DNA of 23,170 nt from an uncultured Erysipelotrichaceae bacterium (GTDB lineage: Bacteria > Bacillota_I > Bacilli_A > Erysipelotrichales > Erysipelotrichaceae), in the NCBI GenBank assembly GCA_964457525.1, contig CAYWGS010000015.1:1-23170 (forward strand), given 5' to 3'. Under the pieces are notes generated by a model. That model saw only the letters and a program-made list of their open reading frames with translations, was not told the DNA's origin and did not search any database. Numbering within the stretch: the first letter of the stretch is position 1; each line of letters starts with the position of its first letter. A program made the translations under genes and the position numbers. Below, piece by piece: positions 1 to 8,164 of the stretch.

Positions 1-95
1 GAATTGAAAGAAGAATAAAGAATATAAATTGTTTCTGCATATATTTCCCTCTAAACTCAGTATAGTGTAAAAAATGAATAAATTCAAAGTAAGAT

Positions 96-121
96 AAAAA
101 AACTGTTAACTAAGTTAACAG
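96..121 (-). terminator. Rho-independent terminator downstream of fba
   Basis: There is a perfect 8-bp inverted repeat CTGTTAAC-TAA-GTTAACAG at 103-121, about 10 nt past the fba stop codon (131-133 on the minus strand). On the minus strand it is followed by a 7-T run (A-run 96-102 on the plus strand). Confidence 0.8.
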
Positions 122-130
122 TTTAATTCA

Positions 131-1063
131 TTATTCAGCTTTTCCTTCAGAACCTAATACATTCTTAATCTTGTGTGCAACTAAACTCTTAATGTTAGCA
201 CGAGCAGGTTTTAAGTAAGTACGTGGATCGAATACATCTGGTTTTTCAGTGAATACTTTACGAATACCAGCTGTGAATGCTAAACGTAAGTCAGAGTCGA
301 TATTGATCTTACATACTGCAGAACGAGCTGCTTGACGTAACATATCTTCTGGAATACCGATTGCATCTTGTAAGTTACCACCGTTTTCTTGGATGATCTT
401 AACGTATTCTTGTGAAACGCTTGATGCTCCGTGTAAAACGATTGGGAAGTTAGGTAAACGACGTGTGATTTCATCTAAGATATCAAAACGTAATTGTGGT
501 TCTTGACCAGGTTTGAATTTGAATGCACCGTGGCTTGTTCCAATTGCGATAGCAAGTGAGTCAACACCAGTACGTGATACGAATTCAATAACATCATCAG
601 GGTTAGTGTAGCTGTGGTGTTCAACATTAACTTCATCTTCAACTCCAGCTAATTGGCCTAATTCACCTTCAACAGTGACGCCATGAGCATGAGCGTATTC
701 AACAACTTTCTTTGTTAATGCGATATTGTCTTCAAATGATAAATGGGAACCATCGATCATGACAGAAGTAAATCCACTGTCGATACAAGATTTACATAAT
801 TCAAATGTATCTCCATGATCTAAGTGTAAAGCGATAGGAACATTACTTGTTTCAACAGCTGCTTCCACTAATTTTTTTAGATATACTGGGTTAGCGTAAT
901 CACGAGCTCCTTTTGAAGCTTGTAAAATAACAGGTGACTTCAATTCATTTGCCGCTTCGACGATCGCTTGAACGATTTCCATGTTGTTAACATTGAAAGC
1001 ACCAATAGCGTATCCGCCTTCGTAGGCTTTTTTAAACATTTCTTTGGTTGATACTAAAGGCAT
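131..1063 (-). CDS. fba: Fructose-1,6-bisphosphate aldolase, class II
   Basis: I trimmed ORF 131..1117 to the ATG at 1061-1063 (MPLVSTKEMF...). That start has AGGAGG on the minus strand (CCTCCT at 1073-1078) 9 nt upstream. Class II aldolase blocks are present: AFNVNN, LHLDHG, VEGELG, GTSHGAFKF and IVLHGASS. Confidence 0.93.
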   Translation of the reverse strand: MPLVSTKEMFKKAYEGGYAIGAFNVNNMEIVQAIVEAANELKSPVILQASKGARDYANPVYLKKLVEAAVETSNVPIALHLDHGDTFELCKSCIDSGFTSVMIDGSHLSFEDNIALTKKVVEYAHAHGVTVEGELGQLAGVEDEVNVEHHSYTNPDDVIEFVSRTGVDSLAIAIGTSHGAFKFKPGQEPQLRFDILDEITRRLPNFPIVLHGASSVSQEYVKIIQENGGNLQDAIGIPEDMLRQAARSAVCKINIDSDLRLAFTAGIRKVFTEKPDVFDPRTYLKPARANIKSLVAHKIKNVLGSEGKAE

Positions 1064-1140
1064 ATTTCTTTTCCTCCTGGTCTTATTGTAACGCAATTCG
1101 ATTTTCTTTGATAGCAAAAAACTCTAAATATGCGCACTCA

Positions 1141-1169
1141 TTGTATTATAAATAAAAATTGACTATAAT
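1141..1169 (+). promoter_or_regulatory. Candidate sigma-A promoter for pduL
   Basis: TTGTAT (1141-1146), a 17-nt spacer and TATAAT (1164-1169). An AAGGAG RBS lies at 1181-1186, 7 nt before the ATG at 1194. Confidence 0.5.
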
Positions 1170-1193
1170 TAAAGGGTTAAAAGGAGTTCTCAT

Positions 1194-1775
1194 ATGAATA
1201 AAGAAAAAGTATTAGTAGAAGTATCTGCACGTCATGTGCATGTAACAAAAGAACATTTAGAAATTTTATTTGGTCCAGGTCATGAATTAACCCCTAAAAA
1301 GGATTTATCTCAACCTGGTCAATATGCTGCAGCTGAAAGAGTTGACTTAGTTGGACCACGTTCCACAATTAAGGGTGTAAGTATTTTAGGACCATGTCGT
1401 AATGCATCTCAAGTTGAAGTATCTTTATCCGATGCACGTACATTAGGCTTAAGCGCAATGATTCGTGAATCCGGAAATATTCAAGGTACAACAGGGATTG
1501 AATTGGTTGGTCCTGCAGGTAGTGTAACATTAACTGAAGGTTTAATCGTAGCGAAACGCCATGTACACTTAACACCAGAGGCAGCTGCTGCTCAAGGTGT
1601 TACAAATGGTCAAGTTGTAAGTGTAAAGATTGAAACAGACGATCGTTCAATGACATTTGGTGACGTTGTGATTCGTGTCAGTGAAAAGTTCTCACCTGCA
1701 ATGCACATTGATACCGATGAAGCAAATGCGGCTGCTATTAGCTCCACAGCTTGGGGCGAGATTATAACAAACTAA
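1194..1775 (+). CDS. pduL: PduL-type phosphate acyltransferase (phosphate propanoyl/acetyltransferase)
   Basis: The 193-aa protein has the duplicated PduL signature: VSARHVHV at aa 10-17 and VAKRHVHLT at aa 119-127. It also has a strong RBS. Confidence 0.85.
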   Translation: MNKEKVLVEVSARHVHVTKEHLEILFGPGHELTPKKDLSQPGQYAAAERVDLVGPRSTIKGVSILGPCRNASQVEVSLSDARTLGLSAMIRESGNIQGTTGIELVGPAGSVTLTEGLIVAKRHVHLTPEAAAAQGVTNGQVVSVKIETDDRSMTFGDVVIRVSEKFSPAMHIDTDEANAAAISSTAWGEIITN

Positions 1776-1793
1776 CCGATTATTCGGTTTTTT
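1774..1793 (+). terminator. Short hairpin plus T-run (weak terminator or attenuator) between pduL and the ygiQ-like gene
   Basis: AACCGA-TTAT-TCGGTT at 1774-1789 overlaps the pduL stop codon and runs into TTTTTT (1788-1793). The stem is only 6 bp, so read-through is plausible. Confidence 0.45.
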
Positions 1794-1794
1794 A

Positions 1795-3636
1795 ATGATG
1801 ACGATGCATCCAATAAATAAAAAAGAAATGATGGAAAGAGGCTGGGATTCAGTCGATTTCGTCTTGGTAAGTGGGGATGCTTATGTCGATCATCCTTCCT
1901 TTGGTGCTGCCATCATAGCACGAGTATTAGAAGCGTATGGTTTTACGGTTGCGATATGTCCTCAACCGGATTGGAAAAAAGAGGATGATTTACTTCAATA
2001 TGGTAAACCAAATTTAGGGTATATGGTTACAGCAGGGAATATTGATTCAATGGTGAATCACTATTCTGTTAATAAAAAAAGAAGAATAAAAGATAACTAT
2101 ACGGATAATGGTGTTATGGGTAAGCGCCCAGATCGAGCAACCATTGTATATAGTCAATGGATTCGTAAAGTTATGCCAGGTGTTCCAATTATTATCGGTG
2201 GAATTGAAGCGTCACTACGTCGTTTAGCACATTATGATTATTGGGATGATACCATTCGTAATTCGATACTAATGGATTCTACAGCGGATTTACTTATTTA
2301 TGGCATGGCTGAGAATAGTGTGATCGAAGTTGCGGAAGCGATGCGATCTGGAATTGCGATTGAAGATATTACATATATCCGTGGTACAGTTTGGAAAACA
2401 AAAACCAAAGAACTACCAAGTGATGCGATTATATTACCTACTTTCGCGGAGATTAAGAAAGATAAAGATAAATTTATCGATAGTTTCGTGATTCAGTATC
2501 GTAATACCGATGCATTTACTGCTAAACCACTTGTTGAGATGGTTGGGAATGTGGCGGTCGTACAAAATAAACCAAGTTTTGCATTAAAACAAGAAGAAAT
2601 GGATTGGGTCTATGGATTACCATTTACTCGATTAATACATCCATCCTATACTGAAATTCCAGCGATAGAAGAAGTACAATTCTCACTCATCAGTAATCGT
2701 GGATGTTTCGGTTCGTGTAACTTCTGTGCACTTACTGCACATCAAGGTAGAATGATTAGTAGTCGTAGTGCTGATTCTTTGGTAGAAGAAGCGACGAAAA
2801 TCACACAGATGAATAACTTTAAAGGCTATATTCATGATGTTGGTGGACCTACGGCTAACTTTAATCAAGTTTCATGTCAGAAACAGTTAAAATATGGAAC
2901 ATGTCAAACCAAAGAATGTTTGCACCCTGAACCATGTAGACAACTTGAAGTAAGTCATTCTGCTTATCTTCAAACGTTAAGACGATTGCGTGCACTACCA
3001 AATGTTAAGAAAGTATTCGTTCGATCTGGGATTCGTTATGATTATCTCATGTATGATAAGGATGAGACATTCTTCGATGAGCTTGTTCAATATCATATCT
3101 CAGGTCAATTAAAAGTTGCGCCTGAACATATATCGGATCGAGTTCTTGATTTAATGGGAAAACCTAAACGTCAATTATATGAAGCGTTTGTAAGTAAGTA
3201 TGAAAAGAAGAATAAAGAGTTTAATAAGAATCAGTTCTTAGTTCCATATATGATTTCTTCTCATCCAGGAAGTGAGTTAAAAGATGCGATTGAATTAGCC
3301 TTGTATCTTAAGAAAATTAAGCATACTCCTCAACAAGTTCAAGATTTTTATCCAACACCATTCACAGTAAGTACATGCATGTACTATACGGAAAAGAATC
3401 CATTTACAAAAGAAAAGGTGTATGTTGCGAAGAATCCCAAAGAAAAAGCATTGCAACGTGTGTTATTACAATACACGTATCCACAGAATCAAACACTTGT
3501 ATTTGAAGCGCTTAAACAAGCCAATCGTTTGGATTTAGTTGGATTTGGTTCACACTGTTTGATTAAACCATTAAGACAAGAATCGGTGAATCGTTCTAGA
3601 GAAGTTTCAGGTAGACAACGAAAAGGAAATCATTAA
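1795..3636 (+). CDS. YgiQ-family (UPF0313) radical SAM protein
   Basis: The 613-aa protein has the N-terminal block WDSVDFVLVSGDAYVDHPSFG typical of YgiQ proteins and a radical-SAM cluster motif CFGSCNFC (C-x3-C-x2-C). The start is ambiguous among the ATGs at 1795, 1798 and 1804, and none has a Shine-Dalgarno sequence. Confidence 0.85.
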   Translation: MMTMHPINKKEMMERGWDSVDFVLVSGDAYVDHPSFGAAIIARVLEAYGFTVAICPQPDWKKEDDLLQYGKPNLGYMVTAGNIDSMVNHYSVNKKRRIKDNYTDNGVMGKRPDRATIVYSQWIRKVMPGVPIIIGGIEASLRRLAHYDYWDDTIRNSILMDSTADLLIYGMAENSVIEVAEAMRSGIAIEDITYIRGTVWKTKTKELPSDAIILPTFAEIKKDKDKFIDSFVIQYRNTDAFTAKPLVEMVGNVAVVQNKPSFALKQEEMDWVYGLPFTRLIHPSYTEIPAIEEVQFSLISNRGCFGSCNFCALTAHQGRMISSRSADSLVEEATKITQMNNFKGYIHDVGGPTANFNQVSCQKQLKYGTCQTKECLHPEPCRQLEVSHSAYLQTLRRLRALPNVKKVFVRSGIRYDYLMYDKDETFFDELVQYHISGQLKVAPEHISDRVLDLMGKPKRQLYEAFVSKYEKKNKEFNKNQFLVPYMISSHPGSELKDAIELALYLKKIKHTPQQVQDFYPTPFTVSTCMYYTEKNPFTKEKVYVAKNPKEKALQRVLLQYTYPQNQTLVFEALKQANRLDLVGFGSHCLIKPLRQESVNRSREVSGRQRKGNH

Positions 3637-3706
3637 TTGTGATGATTTAAGGATAATCTTGAATAAGCCTTTATTTTGAGCAATTAAACTATTAGAATAA
3701 ACATAT

Positions 3707-4612
3707 ATGCGACACATCTTTATTATCAATCCAAAGTCTGGAAACAAACAGGCAGTAACGTATATTCCACTCATCGAGGACTATTTTAAATCGAATCCAA
3801 ATGATTTTGAAGTACTGTTAACTGAATATCCAGGACACGCAACAGAACTCGCAAGGAAGTATACAAAAGAAGATGGAGTTTGTGTCTATTCTCTTAGTGG
3901 AGATGGTACAGCAAACGAAGTATTAAATGGATTGAATGAAGGTGTTACACTAGCAATTTTACCGCTTGGGACAGGTAATGATTTTACTCGTATGTTTCAA
4001 GTTCCTGAAATGTCAATGGAACGATTGATTATAGAAACAATTGAAGGCAAAGAATGTTTAGTGGACTATGGGATGTCCAATTACCGTAAGTTCTTGAACT
4101 GTTCAACTATGGGATTAGATGCGGATATTGGAATCTTGGCACATGAATGGAAAATGAAATACCCATTCTTAGGAAGTTTCTCTTATATTATCGCTATCTT
4201 TCCTTTGTTAATTCATCGTAAACCACTTGAATTCACTGTGAGAATGGATGATAAAACCTTTAAGGTAAAATCTCTCTTAACAGCGGTTATGAATGGACAA
4301 TTCTATGGAGGTGGTTTTATTCCGACTCCCATGGCATCCATTCAAGATGGTTATTTAGATTTATGTATTATTCAAGATACCAATTTACTCAGAATATTGA
4401 CCTTATTACCACGTTATAAAAAGGGATTGCATATCAATGAAGATATTGTAAGTTTCTATAAGGTTAAGAAGTTCAATCTTGTTAGTGAAAGAGAAATAAG
4501 TACGCAGTGTGATGGAGAAGTATATCCTGAGATTGAGATTGATTTTAGGATTGTAGAGAAAGGGCTTAGACTAAGAGTTCCAAAAGAAAGCTTGTTGGAG
4601 GAAGCACCATGA
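3707..4612 (+). CDS. Diacylglycerol-kinase-family lipid kinase (YegS/BmrU/DagK-like)
   Basis: The 301-aa protein has the DAGK catalytic-domain motifs SGDGTANEVLNG and PLGTGNDF. Its stop overlaps the next start (ATGA at 4609-4612). Confidence 0.85.
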   Translation: MRHIFIINPKSGNKQAVTYIPLIEDYFKSNPNDFEVLLTEYPGHATELARKYTKEDGVCVYSLSGDGTANEVLNGLNEGVTLAILPLGTGNDFTRMFQVPEMSMERLIIETIEGKECLVDYGMSNYRKFLNCSTMGLDADIGILAHEWKMKYPFLGSFSYIIAIFPLLIHRKPLEFTVRMDDKTFKVKSLLTAVMNGQFYGGGFIPTPMASIQDGYLDLCIIQDTNLLRILTLLPRYKKGLHINEDIVSFYKVKKFNLVSEREISTQCDGEVYPEIEIDFRIVEKGLRLRVPKESLLEEAP

Positions 4613-5457
4613 TCTTAGAAAATGAAAATATTTATTTAAGAGTCGATTTGCATGCGGCTGAGATGCATTCATTGGTCGATAAGCATAGTGGTAAAGAATG
4701 GATCTGGAATGCTAATCCTGCATTCTGGGGACAACGTAATCCAATCTTATTTCCAATGGTAGGTTCTACCTATGATCAGAACTTACACATCGATGGAAAT
4801 CAGTATCAAATGGGTAACCATGGATTTACTCGTCATGCGAACTTTGATTGTGTAGAGGCTACAGATTCAAAGATCGTATTACGATTTGAATCGTCTGATC
4901 ATACGATGTCTCAATTTCCGTATGAATTTAAGTTAGAAGTTGAATATCGTTTACATCCAAAGCATCTTGATATTGTTTATCGCATTACGAATGAATCTGA
5001 TCGTACAATGCCATTTAATTTTGGGTTACATCCTGCTTTCTTGCATTCAAATAATGGTGAGGATGGATCAATTCCAGTCGAATTCTTTGGGGTTGAATCT
5101 CAATTACCTCAATCCATTCTTAAGCAAGGTACAAATCAAATACTTGAGTTTACCGATGCATTCTTTAAAGAAGTTCCAACTTTAATATTAGATCATGTAA
5201 AATCGAATTTTGTTCGATTACATGACAAGAATGATTATCTTGATGTAAGTGTATTTGGCTATCGTTGGTTAGCGTTCTGGAAGAAACCTAAGGCGAATTT
5301 CCTTTGTATTGAGCCTTGGTATGGTCATGATGACTTTGAACCGTTTTATGGAGAGTTCAAGGATCGTGAAGGAACCTTATTCTTAGACTCAAAGAAAATA
5401 TTTACAACATCGTATCAAATTATCCCGAAGGGCAATAAAGGAGAGAAACATGTTTAA
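4609..5457 (+). CDS. Aldose 1-epimerase (galactose mutarotase-like, LacX/YihR-type) family protein
   Basis: The 282-aa protein has conserved blocks that I recognise from the mutarotase-like fold family (NPILFPMVG, HGFTRH, FGLHPAF, CIEPW). It overlaps both neighbouring genes by 4 and 8 nt. Confidence 0.7.
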   Translation: MILENENIYLRVDLHAAEMHSLVDKHSGKEWIWNANPAFWGQRNPILFPMVGSTYDQNLHIDGNQYQMGNHGFTRHANFDCVEATDSKIVLRFESSDHTMSQFPYEFKLEVEYRLHPKHLDIVYRITNESDRTMPFNFGLHPAFLHSNNGEDGSIPVEFFGVESQLPQSILKQGTNQILEFTDAFFKEVPTLILDHVKSNFVRLHDKNDYLDVSVFGYRWLAFWKKPKANFLCIEPWYGHDDFEPFYGEFKDREGTLFLDSKKIFTTSYQIIPKGNKGEKHV

Positions 5458-6175
5458 AGTGTATGTTTATGATGATTATGAAGGTGTAAGCCAAAAAGCA
5501 TTTGAAGTGATGGAAGAAATCATTAAGCAAGGCAAGGTTACATTAGGGTTAGCGACTGGATCAAGTCCTGTAGGTTTATACAAACGTTTAGTTGAAGCGA
5601 ACAAAAAAGGATTATCTTTTAAAGATGTTCAAACGTTTAACTTAGATGAGTATGTTGGTTTAAGCAAAAATCATGATCAAAGTTATTATCATTTTATGTT
5701 TGAACAACTATTCAAACATGTTGATATTGATGTAAATAATGTTCATCTTCCAAAAGGTGAAGGATCACTTGAAGAAGTTGCGGCAGAATATGAAGCAATG
5801 CTTGTTCAAAATCCTCTAGATATTCAATTATTAGGTGTTGGATCGAATGGACATATTGGATTCAATGAACCAGGCACAAGCTTTGATTCTACCGTTCATG
5901 TGGTTCGTTTAAAAGAAGAAACACGCCAAGATAATGCTCGTTTCTTTAAATCGATTGACGAAGTTCCTAACTTTGCGATTACAATGGGTATTCAAGATAT
6001 TATGCGTGCTAAACAAGTATTATTAATTGCTTCTGGTAAGAATAAAGCAGTTGCGATTAAAGAAATGTTAGAAGGAAAGATTCGTGAAGATGTTCCATGT
6101 ACGATTCTTCAAAAACACCATGATGTCATAGTTGTACTTGATAAGGAAGCAGCTTCTTTAATTAAACATGATTAA
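5450..6175 (+). CDS. nagB: Glucosamine-6-phosphate deaminase
   Basis: The 241-aa protein has the motifs LGLATGSSP, FNLDEYVGL and GVGSNGHIGFNEPG, which are characteristic of NagB. Confidence 0.92.
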   Translation: MFKVYVYDDYEGVSQKAFEVMEEIIKQGKVTLGLATGSSPVGLYKRLVEANKKGLSFKDVQTFNLDEYVGLSKNHDQSYYHFMFEQLFKHVDIDVNNVHLPKGEGSLEEVAAEYEAMLVQNPLDIQLLGVGSNGHIGFNEPGTSFDSTVHVVRLKEETRQDNARFFKSIDEVPNFAITMGIQDIMRAKQVLLIASGKNKAVAIKEMLEGKIREDVPCTILQKHHDVIVVLDKEAASLIKHD

Positions 6176-7049
6176 ACTAATTGTTAGTGATTTAGATGGA
6201 ACACTATTAACAAAATTTAAATCCATTACGAAAGAAAATCAAGAAGCACTAATTGAAGCCCAAAAACAAGGTTGTATATTAACTTTAGCTACAGGTCGTG
6301 GGTATGATAGTACTCAGCAATTTGTACCCATGTTAAAGATGGATCAATACAATGGTTATATGATCATGAATAATGGCCAACAACTAATTGATCTAAAAAA
6401 CAATAAAACAACTGTAAATGGATATATCACAAAAGAAGATGCTAGAAAAATCCTAGCATTTGCACAAGAACATCAAATTCAATTAGTTATGGATGGCCCA
6501 AATGGTTTTGCCTTCTATTCTCCTGAGAATTTAAAAATCTATCGTGATATCTATCGTTTCTTGATTAAAGTTTTACCTCATTTTAAACCAATTCTTCGTC
6601 GTATCCATATCTTTAGTTTGTTTGGTTTCTTGAAATCTCAAGATGTTAAGATTATTAATAAACCAGAAGATATTGTCGATAACTATGATAAGGTAGGTTT
6701 ATCCCATTACAAGATAAGTCTTGATAAAAGCATGGATGAGTTAAAAGCTGCCTTTAAAGATCATTATGAAGTGATGCGTGTCTCAGATAATTGGGTTGAT
6801 ATCAGTCCAAAGGGTATTACCAAGATTGTTGGTATTCGACAAATCATGGAAATCCATGGAATAAAAGAAGATGAAGTATTAACCATGGGTGACTCAGATA
6901 ACGATGTGACAATGATTGAAGCCTTTCCTCACAGTGTTGCGATGGAAAATGCAAATGAGAAGATTAAATCACTTGCGAAGTATATGACCAAAACCAATTC
7001 TGAAAATGGTGTAGCACATGCGGTCAATCGTTTCGTTTTAAAAAAATGA
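6168..7049 (+). CDS. Cof-type HAD-IIB family hydrolase (sugar-phosphate phosphatase-like)
   Basis: The 293-aa protein has HAD motif I (SDLDGTLL), motif II (LATGR), motif III (SPKGITK) and motif IV (GDSDNDVTM). It overlaps nagB by 8 nt. Confidence 0.85.
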   Translation: MIKLIVSDLDGTLLTKFKSITKENQEALIEAQKQGCILTLATGRGYDSTQQFVPMLKMDQYNGYMIMNNGQQLIDLKNNKTTVNGYITKEDARKILAFAQEHQIQLVMDGPNGFAFYSPENLKIYRDIYRFLIKVLPHFKPILRRIHIFSLFGFLKSQDVKIINKPEDIVDNYDKVGLSHYKISLDKSMDELKAAFKDHYEVMRVSDNWVDISPKGITKIVGIRQIMEIHGIKEDEVLTMGDSDNDVTMIEAFPHSVAMENANEKIKSLAKYMTKTNSENGVAHAVNRFVLKK

Positions 7050-7112
7050 GCATAAGTAGCGTATTTCGTATAGAATATTGATATACTCAAATCGATAAAC
7101 AAGGAGGGTATT

Positions 7113-7427
7113 ATGAAAGTTGTAAATACCGTAGAATTTGAATCAACAACAAAGAAGGGCATTACTTTAGTTGATTTCTCAGCTGAGTGGTGCGGACCAT
7201 GTAAAATGATTGCGCCTGTGCTTGAACAATTATCAACAGAACTTGAAGGTAAAGTGAATATTATCAAGGTTGACGTGGATGTTGAGCAACAACTTGCACA
7301 GAAGTATAATGTTATGTCAATTCCAACTTTATTATTATTTAAAGAAGGAAATGTCATTGGTCAAGTCGTTGGATTCCAATCCAAAGCGATGTTAGAAAAG
7401 TTCATTCAAAGAGCGTATGTAGATTAA
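7113..7427 (+). CDS. trxA: Thioredoxin
   Basis: The 104-aa protein has the WCGPC active site. An AAGGAGGG RBS lies 5-6 nt upstream. Confidence 0.95.
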   Translation: MKVVNTVEFESTTKKGITLVDFSAEWCGPCKMIAPVLEQLSTELEGKVNIIKVDVDVEQQLAQKYNVMSIPTLLLFKEGNVIGQVVGFQSKAMLEKFIQRAYVD

Positions 7428-7449
7428 GAAGCTAAGGCTTCTTTTTTTT
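7427..7449 (+). terminator. Rho-independent terminator of trxA
   Basis: AGAAGC-TAAG-GCTTCT at 7427-7442 is followed by a T-run extending to 7449. Confidence 0.8.
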
Positions 7450-7532
7450 ATGTTTTTAGATCAAATTACCATTGATAATTCTGTCACAATTTAATCTATA
7501 AATAATTCATTCAAATATTTAAATTATTAGTA

Positions 7533-7560
7533 TTGCAATTGTGTGAAAAAGTCTTATAAT
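7533..7560 (+). promoter_or_regulatory. Candidate sigma-A promoter of the regulator-potABCDD operon
   Basis: TTGCAA (7533-7538), a 16-nt spacer and a consensus TATAAT (7555-7560), about 60 nt upstream of the regulator ATG. Confidence 0.6.
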
Positions 7561-7570
7561 GTTCTTTGTG

Positions 7571-7608
7571 TTTAGTATAAAACGCTAAATAGTTTAGTAA
7601 AACTAAAC
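7571..7608. promoter_or_regulatory. Repeated TTTAGT/ACTAAA operator-like motifs in the 5' leader
   Basis: TTTAGTATAAAACGCTAAA (7571-7589) is followed by the perfect palindrome GTTTAGT-AAA-ACTAAAC (7592-7608). Both lie between the -10 box and the GAGGA RBS (7610-7614). Confidence 0.5.
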
Positions 7609-7619
7609 AGAGGACACAG

Positions 7620-8153
7620 ATGGAAATTGGACAAAGAATTAAACAATTACGTACTCAGAACAAATTGACACTTGAAGAGTTAGCAAGCCGATGTGAGTTG
7701 AGCAAAGGTTTTATTTCACAGGTTGAAAGAGATCTTACTTCACCATCCATTGCGACACTAAGTGATATTGTGGAGGCGTTAGGTATCAATCTTGCTCAGT
7801 TCTTTAAGGAAGAGCGAGAAGAAAAGCTCGTCTTTACTCAAGAGGATTTCTTTATTGACGAGAAAGAGGAATGTACGATTCATTGGATTGTTCCAAATGC
7901 GCAGAAAAATGATATGGAGCCGATTTTACTGGATTTAAAACCTGGTCAGAAATCGGATATCATTTCACCACATAATGGAGAAGAGTTTGGTTATGTGTTG
8001 AATGGAAAAGTAAGTTTAGTTATCAATAATAAGAAGTATGTTGTAAAGAAGGGTCAGACCTTCTATATCAAAGGCTTACATGATCATTACATCTTAAATG
8101 ATACGAAGTCTGATGCAAAAGTTTTATGGGTTTGTAACCCACCCATTTTCTAG
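7620..8153 (+). CDS. XRE-family HTH transcriptional regulator with C-terminal cupin domain (PuuR-like)
   Basis: The 177-aa protein has an N-terminal HTH ([35 protein letters not shown]) and a C-terminal cupin-like block ([12 protein letters not shown]...GQTFYI). Its stop codon is embedded in the potA RBS (TAGGAGG). Confidence 0.8.
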   Translation: MEIGQRIKQLRTQNKLTLEELASRCELSKGFISQVERDLTSPSIATLSDIVEALGINLAQFFKEEREEKLVFTQEDFFIDEKEECTIHWIVPNAQKNDMEPILLDLKPGQKSDIISPHNGEEFGYVLNGKVSLVINNKKYVVKKGQTFYIKGLHDHYILNDTKSDAKVLWVCNPPIF

Positions 8154-8164
8154 GAGGCACTAAT

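Noticed and set aside
1-18. A possible 3' end of an upstream plus-strand gene (...ELKEE-stop at 16-18)
   Set aside because: Only five codons are visible, which is not enough to support a feature.
280-474. Short ORFs embedded in or antisense to longer, well-supported genes. They are 280..474, 1369..1575, 2683..2868, 4940..5185, 6929..7357, 8068..8325, 9881..10075, 10207..10413, 15015..15212, 18516..18755, 20985..21236, 21528..21725, 22123..22329 and 22674..22868.
   Set aside because: Each lies inside, or largely overlaps, a longer ORF with clear family motifs. None has an RBS, and their translations are low-complexity or compositionally odd. They are typical shadow ORFs of an AT-rich genome.
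1064-1117. An 18-codon N-terminal extension of the aldolase ORF (MLSKKIELRYNKTRRKRN)
   Set aside because: The extension contains the AGGAGG RBS that serves the internal ATG at 1063. Class II aldolases begin at the MPLV... block.
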